From an uncultured Candidatus Binatia bacterium (GTDB taxonomy: Bacteria > Desulfobacterota > Binatia > Bin18 > CBDCRK01): DNA of 64,000 nt. Location of the stretch: NCBI GenBank assembly GCA_965220955.1, contig CBDCRK010000004.1:23277-87276 (forward strand), written 5' to 3'. Positions 57,135 to 64,000 of this stretch are shown in pieces (position 1 is the first letter of the stretch; every line of letters begins with the position of its first letter). The notes beneath the pieces are model-generated. The model saw only the letters and a list, made by a program, of their open reading frames with translations, was not told where the DNA came from and ran no database searches. Both the position numbers and the translations under genes were made by a program.

Positions 57135-58600
57135 ATGACTTTCTACCACTGGCAACCGATTGAGGATCTTCCGTACTCTTGGCAGGAATTGGTGTCCACC
57201 GACTTGGCAAGCTTGGCATCTATATGGAAGGATCAATCGAAGAGACTTCAACAGTCCGATGCCCTGAAACAGTTTAACGAGCGCCTTTGCCGTGAGTGGG
57301 CTATTGAAACCGGTGTTATTGAAAATCTCTACTCCATTGATCGTGGAATTACACAAGTGCTAATCGAGAAAGGTATTGAGGCTAGCCTGATTCCGCATGG
57401 AACAACAGATAAACCAGTGGAGTTAGTTATTCCTATTCTCAAAGATCAAGAGGAAGCTCTAGAGGGGCTTTTCGACTTTGTCAAACAGCAAAGAGCCTTA
57501 TCAACGTCTTATATAAAGCAACTCCATCAAGTTTTTACCCGTCACCAAGAAACGGTCCCGGCCATCAATGGTATAGGACGCCCAACGGAAGTGCCTCTTC
57601 TCCGTGGAGAATGGAAAAAATGGCCTAATAATCCGAATCGCCCTGACGGAACAATTCATGAATACTGCCCCCCCGAGCACGTAGCGGCTGGAGATGGACC
57701 GGTTAATAGAGATGCATGAACGACATATAGCATGAGGGTATTTCGCCCGAAGTGCAAGCGGCTTGGCTACATCATCGGTTTACGCAAATCCACCCCTTTC
57801 AAGATGGAAACGGCCGCGTTGCTCGTGCCCTTGCTTCGTTGATCTTCCTGCGTGCAGGCTGGTTTCCGCTTGTCATCAACCGGGACATTCGAGAGGAATA
57901 TATCCGTGCTTTAGAACACGCCGATCAAGGCGAGTTGCAGTCTTTGATTGGACTTTTCACCAGAATTCAGAAAAAAGCATTCGTAACTGCATTTAGCATT
58001 TCGGAAGATGTGCTTAGGGGTCGGGAACCGCTCCAGCAAATGATTAGTGCCGCAGCGGAGCGTCTACGGGCTAGGGCAGAGATGAAAATTCAAGAGCGGC
58101 GAAAGGTGTTCAGTTTCTCACAACGCCTGGAGGAAATGGCTCGAACACGCCTACAAGAGATAGCAGACATTTTGTCAAGTGAATTGAGACAAGTGGATAT
58201 CCAATACCTCGTGACTGCTGACAGAAGCGACTCTGACACGGACCATTGGTTCAAAAAACAAATCGTAGATATAGCGAGGGATCTGGATTATTATGCCGAC
58301 ACACGAAGCTATCGTACCTGGGTGCGGTTAAAGATCCGCGAGGAACGGCAAGCTGAGTTGGTGATCACGTTTCATTCTCTTGGAGTCGAGTTTCTTGGGA
58401 TTATGGCAGCCTCCTCGTTCATGGAATACCGGGATAGGAGTGAAGACGGCGAAGTAACGATAGAGGGACCTTATCCTGTGTGCAAGGATATTTTTCAGTT
58501 TTCCTATAACGAGCAGGAGCAAGAAATAGTTGAGCGTTTTCAGCAATGGTTGAATGATGCGCTCCTAGTAGGACTTGACCAGTGGAGAAGGCAGCTTTGA
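57135..58600 (+). pseudogene. Fic-domain protein with two frame breaks (near 57690 and 57733)
   Basis: The Fic motif HPFQDGNGRVARA is in the 57752-58600 frame. The N-terminal part (MTFYHWQPIEDL...) is in another frame. The bridging segment EMDRLIEMHERHIA is readable in the third frame. Confidence 0.7.
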
Positions 58601-61600
58601 TTGATACAAACAATCACCCCAAACGCCTTATCGAGGTGGACCTTCCTATCAAGCGCATCTCTGCACATGCACGGCGAGAGAAGAGCATTCGCCACGGGCA
58701 CATTTCGACGCTACATATTTGGTGGGCTAGGCGGCCCCTAGCGGCATGTCGGGCGGTGATTTGTGCAGCCCTTTGGCCCGATCCTGCTAATGAACACTGC
58801 CCACAGGCGTTTCGGGAGAAGGCGGCAGAACTCGTCACGACGTTTGCCATCAAGGCTGCCTCGACGGGGAAGTTGGCGGACAGTTGTTCCCAGGAGTCAA
58901 TTGCCCGCTGGCTCACTCTGGCCAAGCCTGAAAATCACCTTGATCTAAACAACCCCTCACACCTCAACGTCTTGCGTTTCGCTCTGCTCGATTTCATCGC
59001 CGATTTCGCCAATTGGGATAACTCGACCAAAAAGGAATATCTGGAGGCCAGCCGGGCCTTAACCCAGGCTGCGCATGAGGCGTTGGGTGGCGATCCTGGT
59101 ACTAAACCTTTGGTGGTGGACCCCTTTGCTGGTGGTGGAGCTATCCCGCTAGAAGCATTGCGGGTGGGGGCAGATGCCTTTGCCAGTGACCTCAACCCGG
59201 TAGCTGTACTGCTCAACAAGGTGGTGCTGGAATATATCCCCAAGTATGGCCAGCGCCTTGCTGACGAGGTCCGCAAATGGGGCGAGTGGATCAAGAAGGA
59301 GGCCGAGAAGGAGCTGGCCAAGTTCTATCCTAGAGACCCAGATGGGGCGACGCCGATTGCCTATCTGTGGGCGCGGACAATTACCTGTGAGGGGCCAGGA
59401 TGTGGTGCTGAAGTACCGCTAATGCGCTCCTTCTGGCTTGCAAAGAAAGGAAACCGCTCTGTAGCTTTGCGCATAATTTCCAGACCGAAAGCCAAGCAAG
59501 TAGAGTTCGAGATTATCGAGAATGCCCAGATACGAGATATCAGCGAAGGAACGGTTCGACGCGGGAGCGCAACCTGCCCGGCGTGTGGCTTCACCACGCC
59601 AGTTGGCTCAGTACGACAGCAGTTGAGGAAGCGTCGAGGCGGCGCTGTTGATGCCAGACTGTTCTGCGTGGTTATGACGCGGCCAGGTGCCCAGGGGAGA
59701 TTCTACCGTCTACCAAACGAGAAAGACTGGCAGGCAGCGTATGCCGCAGCCAAGGAACTGGAACGATGCGAACGGGTATACAAGGGTAAACCAAGCATGG
59801 TGCCGAATGAAAGATATCCGGATGAAACCGGTTCCGGTGCCTTGAGTTCGTCTGTCGTTTATGGTCCGCGAACTTGGGGAGACCTCTTCATCCCTCGTCA
59901 GGCACTGGCCCTGACGATGCTGGTGAAGCTGGTGCGAATAGCGGGAGAGAAGATGACACAGGAGGGTGAAACGGGCCTAGCACTAGCGGTGCAGACATGT
60001 TTGGCAATGACCGTGGACAGGGCGGCTGAACACGGTTCATCTCTCTGCCGCTGGAACGCGAATGGCGAGAAGCTCCAGGCTACGTTTGGTCGGCAAGCCT
60101 TGCCGATGACCTGGGATGTCTGTGAAACTAATCCCTTCGGAAGCTCTGTCGGTTCCTTAAGCTCCTTGCTTGAGCTAGTTCAGATAACAATCAAGACGGC
60201 ATCATATTTACCTTCTGAGGGCACCACAGCAGCTGCCTCCGCGACCATTCACTCACTACCCAACGATTTCGCACAGGGGTTTTTCACCGATCCACCCTAC
60301 TACGACGCTATAGCATATGGCGACTTGTCTGATTTCTTTTTTGTATGGTTGAAGCGCACTATAGGAGATCTTTATCCGTCATTATTTTCAAGCGAATTGG
60401 TGGACAAGACAGATGAGATTGTTCATCTGTCTCAGCGATTTAGAGGACCCTACTCTCACAAGACGAAAGAATATTTTGAGAAAAACATGCAGTTAGCCAT
60501 GGAGGAAGGGCGACGTGTGTTGGCACCCGACGGTGTGGGCATTGTGGTCTTCGCGCACAAATCCACTGGTGGTTGGGAGGCTATGCTACAAGCAATGGTC
60601 GATGCTGGCTGGGTGATGACCGGCTCCTGGCCCATCGACACGGAGATGGGAACGCGGATGAACGCTATGGGAGCTGCAACCCTTGCCTCTTCTATTCATC
60701 TCGTCTGTCGCCCCCGTGAAAATGCCGACGGCTCGCTACGAACAGACGATATCGGCGACTGGCGTGACGTTCTTGCGGAGCTGCCGAAGCGTATCCACGA
60801 ATGGATGCCGCGCTTGGCCGCTGAAGGTGTAGTAGGAGCAGACGCCATTTTTGCCTGCCTCGGTCCTGCTCTGGAAATCTTTTCTCGTCACTCACGTGTG
60901 GAGAAGGCCAGTGGTGAGCGGGTTACCCTCAAGGAATATCTGGAGCTTGTCTGGGCTGCTGTCGCCAGGGAGGCCCTAAACATGATCTTCGAGGGCGCTG
61001 ATGCAACTGGCTTTGAGGAGGATGCTCGCCTGACAGCCATGTGGCTATGGACTTTATCTACTGGCACCAGTGGAAATGGCAGTGGGGACAGTGAAGCCGA
61101 AAGTGAAGAAGACGAAGGGGCTTCTATCAAGAAAGCCAAGACGAGCGGCTTTGTCCTGGAGTATGACGCAGCCCGTAAGATCGCCCAGGGTCTCGGTGCA
61201 CACCTGGAGCACTTGGCCAGCTTGGTAGAAGTCAAAGGAGACAAAGCCCGGCTTCTACTCGTGTCGGAACGTACTCGCGCTCTTTTCGGCAAAGATGAGG
61301 GTAAGGCTCCAGCAAAACGCAAGAAGAAAGCTACCCAACTCACCCTTTTTGGTGCCCTGTCTGCCGGCAGGCAGGCCCTTGGCGAGGTCGAAGAGGAAGG
61401 AGATGGTTGGGGGGAAAAGAATGCTCCACAACTGGGGAATACAGTCCTCGACCGCATCCATCAAAGTATGATTCTCTTTGCCGCGGGTCGTGGTGAAGCG
61501 CTCAAACGGTTTCTAGTGGAAGACGGTGTCGGACGTGACCAGCGTTTCTGGCGCTTGGCTCAGGCTCTTTCGGCGCTGTACCCTGCGGGCACGGACGAGA

Positions 61601-61650
61601 AGCGTTGGGTGGATGGCGTGCTTGCTCGGAAAAAAGGACTGGGGTTTTGA
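58582..61650 (+). CDS. DUF1156-domain N6-adenine DNA methyltransferase with a Zn-ribbon (COG1743-like)
   Basis: N-terminal LIEVDLPIKRISAHARREKSIRHGHISTLHIWWARRPLAACRAVI (DUF1156). Cys pairs CEGPGC...CPACG. Catalytic FFTDPPYYD (DPPY). Confidence 0.85.
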   Translation: MEKAALIDTNNHPKRLIEVDLPIKRISAHARREKSIRHGHISTLHIWWARRPLAACRAVICAALWPDPANEHCPQAFREKAAELVTTFAIKAASTGKLADSCSQESIARWLTLAKPENHLDLNNPSHLNVLRFALLDFIADFANWDNSTKKEYLEASRALTQAAHEALGGDPGTKPLVVDPFAGGGAIPLEALRVGADAFASDLNPVAVLLNKVVLEYIPKYGQRLADEVRKWGEWIKKEAEKELAKFYPRDPDGATPIAYLWARTITCEGPGCGAEVPLMRSFWLAKKGNRSVALRIISRPKAKQVEFEIIENAQIRDISEGTVRRGSATCPACGFTTPVGSVRQQLRKRRGGAVDARLFCVVMTRPGAQGRFYRLPNEKDWQAAYAAAKELERCERVYKGKPSMVPNERYPDETGSGALSSSVVYGPRTWGDLFIPRQALALTMLVKLVRIAGEKMTQEGETGLALAVQTCLAMTVDRAAEHGSSLCRWNANGEKLQATFGRQALPMTWDVCETNPFGSSVGSLSSLLELVQITIKTASYLPSEGTTAAASATIHSLPNDFAQGFFTDPPYYDAIAYGDLSDFFFVWLKRTIGDLYPSLFSSELVDKTDEIVHLSQRFRGPYSHKTKEYFEKNMQLAMEEGRRVLAPDGVGIVVFAHKSTGGWEAMLQAMVDAGWVMTGSWPIDTEMGTRMNAMGAATLASSIHLVCRPRENADGSLRTDDIGDWRDVLAELPKRIHEWMPRLAAEGVVGADAIFACLGPALEIFSRHSRVEKASGERVTLKEYLELVWAAVAREALNMIFEGADATGFEEDARLTAMWLWTLSTGTSGNGSGDSEAESEEDEGASIKKAKTSGFVLEYDAARKIAQGLGAHLEHLASLVEVKGDKARLLLVSERTRALFGKDEGKAPAKRKKKATQLTLFGALSAGRQALGEVEEEGDGWGEKNAPQLGNTVLDRIHQSMILFAAGRGEALKRFLVEDGVGRDQRFWRLAQALSALYPAGTDEKRWVDGVLARKKGLGF

Positions 61651-61666
61651 CAAACGGAGGAATCTT

Positions 61667-61918
61667 ATGCCCACAGTTACTCTGAATCTACCTGAAGAAA
61701 TCTTTTCCGCCTTGCGTCGATCCCCAGAGGAGTTTGTGCGCGAGCTTCGCCTTGCTGCCGCCATCTACTGGTACGAACGGGGCGAGGTTTCGCAGGAGAA
61801 GGCAGCCCATGTTGCGGGTCTGGATCGTACCGACTTTCTGTTAGACCTGGCACGCGAGCGTGCTGATGCTTTCGTTGTAGATCTTGACGACCTGAAGCGG
61901 GAGATCGACCGTGGCTGA
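61667..61918 (+). CDS. UPF0175-family antitoxin
   Basis: 83 aa. VTLNLPEEIFSALRRSPEEFVRELRLAAAIYWYERGEVSQEKAAHVAGLDRTDFLLDL is typical of UPF0175. GGAGG site upstream. Confidence 0.75.
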   Translation: MPTVTLNLPEEIFSALRRSPEEFVRELRLAAAIYWYERGEVSQEKAAHVAGLDRTDFLLDLARERADAFVVDLDDLKREIDRG

Positions 61919-61967
61919 ACATCGGGCCGTCAATGCCTCGCCCCTGATTTTTCTGTCTGGAGGATGA
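61911..61967 (+). pseudogene. 18-codon remnant of the cognate DUF3368 (PIN-like) toxin
   Basis: The GTG overlaps the antitoxin stop (GTGGCTGA). VAEHRAVNASPLIFLSGG-stop matches the N-terminal D/N-[AT]-S-P-L-I motif of DUF3368 proteins and then ends. Confidence 0.5.
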
Positions 61968-61973
61968 TAACCA

Positions 61974-62225
61974 ATGGATGAGAAGAAACTTTTGGAACGG
62001 ATCACAGTGAGCCCGAAGATTTTCGGCGGTAAGCCAATCATTCGTGGGCGCCGTCTGGCCGTTGAACATGTTCTCGGGATGCTAGCAGCCGGTGACATGA
62101 CCGAAACCATTCTTGAGGGTTATCCTTGGTTAGAACCAGAAGATATTCAGGCATGCCTTGTCTACGCCCGCAGGCTGGTCGGTCACGAGCGGGTTGAGCC
62201 ACTCCTTATCGAGACCGATACATGA
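61974..62225 (+). CDS. DUF433-family antitoxin
   Basis: ITVSPKIFGGKPIIRGRRLAVEHVLGMLAAGDMTETILEGYPWLEPEDIQACLVYA is the canonical DUF433 pattern. Confidence 0.8.
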   Translation: MDEKKLLERITVSPKIFGGKPIIRGRRLAVEHVLGMLAAGDMTETILEGYPWLEPEDIQACLVYARRLVGHERVEPLLIETDT

Positions 62226-62575
62226 AGCTTCTTCTGGATACATGCGTGTGGGGAGGAGCCCGCAAAGAACTGGAGGCTGCTAGCCACGATGTCTTGTGGG
62301 CTGGAGAGTGGACTGAAGACCCAGGTGATGAAGAAATCCTGGCACGCGCTTATAACGAGGGCCGTGTCCTGGTGACTCTGGACAAAGATTTTGGTGAACT
62401 AGCTATTGTTCGTGGACGACCTCATTGTGGGATCTTGCGTCTTGTCAACCTAGCAGCCAAGCAGCAGGGACCTGTCTGTTTACAGGTGCTTACTCTTCAC
62501 GGAGAGGAACTCCAATCAGGTGCAATCATCACGGCGGAGCCAGGTAGGCTCAGGATTCGTCCACCCAGCACATAG
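62222..62575 (+). CDS. DUF5615 / Mut7-C-like PIN-fold toxin, partner of DUF433
   Basis: MKLLLDTCVW...DEEILARAYNEGRVLVTLDKDFGEL. 4-nt overlap with the DUF433 gene. Confidence 0.7.
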   Translation: MKLLLDTCVWGGARKELEAASHDVLWAGEWTEDPGDEEILARAYNEGRVLVTLDKDFGELAIVRGRPHCGILRLVNLAAKQQGPVCLQVLTLHGEELQSGAIITAEPGRLRIRPPST

Positions 62576-62587
62576 GAGGGCTGAAAA

Positions 62588-64000
62588 ATGGCGATCAAGC
62601 CCTGGTACAAAGTAGCAACACCTCGTGAGGATCTGCGGGAAGGCAAACCCCTCGATGCCTCCGAGTTCGCGGTTCACCTTGGCCAGGTTCGTGATAATCG
62701 GGCTCCTGATGTTTACCAGAACCCGGAGCAATTTTTTGAACGTACCTACCTGACACAGAACCTAACTACACTGGCCGCTGAGGCAGTCCGCCGTCTCTCC
62801 GGGGAGAAGACCGAGACCTCCGCCGTCTTCAACATGGCAACCCAGTTTGGCGGCGGAAAGACCCATGCCCTGACCTTACTCTATCATTTGGCAAAGCACG
62901 GCCCCGAGGCGGAGCGTTGGTCTGGTATTCAGAGGATCTTGGATCAATCCGGTATGTCCACCGTACCTCGCGCAGTAACTACGGTCTTTGTAGGGACCGA
63001 GTTTGACTCTCTCGTTGGTCGCGGTGGGAACGACGGGACACCTCTGCGTAAGACGCCCTGGGGAGAGATCGCCTACCAGCTTAGCGGTAAGGAAGGGCTT
63101 GAAGTCCTTGCCGAACACGAAAAACAGATGACGGCCCCTGCGGGCGATGTCATCCGTAAGTTCTTACCCAAAGATAGGCCCTGCCTCATCCTCATGGACG
63201 AGCTGATGAACTACGTTAGCCGCAGCCGTAAGAGCGGGATGGCCACCCAGCTATATAGCTTTCTCCAGAACCTTTCGGAGGAAGCCCGCGGGCATGACAA
63301 CATGGTCCTCGCCGTTTCCATCCCGGCCTCTGAACTGGAGATGAGCGCCGAAGATCAGTCAGACTACGAACGTTTTAAAAAACTCCTCAACCGCCTGGGT
63401 AAAGCAGTGATTATGGCTGCCGAGACCGAAACGGCCGAGATTATTCGTCGCCGGTTGTTTGAGTGGGAACCGCGAGTCGTCACTCAGGATGGAAGGGTTT
63501 TGCTGAGCCGGGAGGCGCAACAGACCTGTAACGAATACGCGGACTGGGTTGTTGACCACCGCCAGCAGATTCCGAGCTGGTTCCCCATCGACAACGCGCG
63601 GGAGGCGTTTTATGGCACGTATCCCTTTCACCCAATGGTGCTCTCAGTGTTCGAGAGAAAGTGGCAGGCCCTACCCCGGTTTCAGAGGACCCGTGGCATC
63701 TTGAGACTCCTGGCTCTTTGGGTTTCCAGGGCCTACCAGGAGGGCTTTAAGGGGGCACACCGTGACCCGTTGATTGGGCTGGGTACAGCCCCGCTCGATG
63801 ACTCCATGTTCCGGGCAGCTCTGTTCGAGCAGTTGGGAGAGCCCCGGCTTGAGGGTGCGGTCACCACCGATATTTGCGGCAAGAAGGATTCTCATGCTCT
63901 CCGTCTGGATAAAGAGGCGGTGGACACAATCAAAAAAGCGCGGTTGCATCGCAAGGAGGCAACAACAATCTTTTTCGAGTCAAACGGAGGGCAGACCCGC
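62588..64000 (+). CDS. DUF499-family ATPase (COG1483-like), 3' partial. Not in the supplied ORF track because it runs off the window.
   Basis: Hand translation from ATG 62588 is open to base 64000: MAIKPWYKVATPREDLREGKPLDASEFAVHLGQVRDNRAP...FNMATQFGGGKTHALTLLYHL (Walker A)...CLILMDELMNY (Walker B-like)...FHPMVLSVFERKWQALPRFQRTRGILRLL. This is the characteristic DUF499 N-terminus. Confidence 0.85.
   Translation, partial: MAIKPWYKVATPREDLREGKPLDASEFAVHLGQVRDNRAPDVYQNPEQFFERTYLTQNLTTLAAEAVRRLSGEKTETSAVFNMATQFGGGKTHALTLLYHLAKHGPEAERWSGIQRILDQSGMSTVPRAVTTVFVGTEFDSLVGRGGNDGTPLRKTPWGEIAYQLSGKEGLEVLAEHEKQMTAPAGDVIRKFLPKDRPCLILMDELMNYVSRSRKSGMATQLYSFLQNLSEEARGHDNMVLAVSIPASELEMSAEDQSDYERFKKLLNRLGKAVIMAAETETAEIIRRRLFEWEPRVVTQDGRVLLSREAQQTCNEYADWVVDHRQQIPSWFPIDNAREAFYGTYPFHPMVLSVFERKWQALPRFQRTRGILRLLALWVSRAYQEGFKGAHRDPLIGLGTAPLDDSMFRAALFEQLGEPRLEGAVTTDICGKKDSHALRLDKEAVDTIKKARLHRKEATTIFFESNGGQTR

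Overview
This 64-kb bacterial chromosomal window has moderately high GC, GGAGG-type ribosome-binding sites and GC-rich REP-like palindromes. I cannot assign a taxon from the sequence alone.

Layout:
- 1-6.5 kb: 3' end of a class 1 CRISPR-Cas locus (unassigned cas gene, cas6, cas4, cas1, cas2, leader) and a 27-repeat array of 37-nt repeats ending in ATTGAAAC. The gene order fits type I-D. The effector genes lie upstream, outside the window.
- 6.6-19.3 kb: housekeeping and stress genes. These include an MFS exporter, a tpx / PrxQ-like / SnoaL operon, a nitroreductase, modABC, radC and an SMP-30-like protein.
- 19.3-22.9 kb: an AAA+(MoxR-like) / GXGXG / VWA three-gene cassette.
- 23-34.6 kb: tandem amidohydrolase paralogs and a bbs-like / steroid-side-chain-like CoA beta-oxidation cluster, interrupted by class I lysyl-tRNA synthetase.
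- 35.7-45.8 kb: a mosaic, probably horizontally acquired block. It holds monomeric isocitrate dehydrogenase, PaiB, a TPR-methyltransferase, a GmrSD-like DUF262/DUF1524 enzyme, a 5'-truncated group II intron fragment, a DUF5677-like protein and Mrr.
- 45.8-53.4 kb: EthD, an IspH-membrane domain fusion, and a type IIA topoisomerase A/B pair.
- 53.4-64 kb: a restriction-modification-like defence cassette (SNF2 helicase with DUF3883, DUF1156 adenine methylase, DUF499 ATPase). It is interleaved with a Fic gene and toxin-antitoxin modules.

Most noteworthy observations:
1. A degenerate repeat-spacer-repeat mini-array lies between cas6 and cas4, and a lone repeat-like hairpin overlaps the cas2 Shine-Dalgarno.
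2. A 15-nt GC hairpin motif (GGGCGGCGTACCGCT) occurs about 10 times in 2.3 kb. Copies sit inside the topoisomerase subunit A coding sequence, where two reading frames are used (a third is used in the upstream small ORF).
3. Two in-frame TGA selenocysteine candidates (a PrxQ-like peroxiredoxin and a UGSC-motif protein) each have a downstream hairpin, and the ORF track splits both genes.
4. The helicase / methylase / ATPase cassette has embedded Fic and TA genes.

Caveat: at least nine frame breaks are present, mostly in G/C homopolymer runs and one in the essential gene ispH. The assembly is probably indel-prone, so most 'pseudogenes' here should not be over-interpreted.
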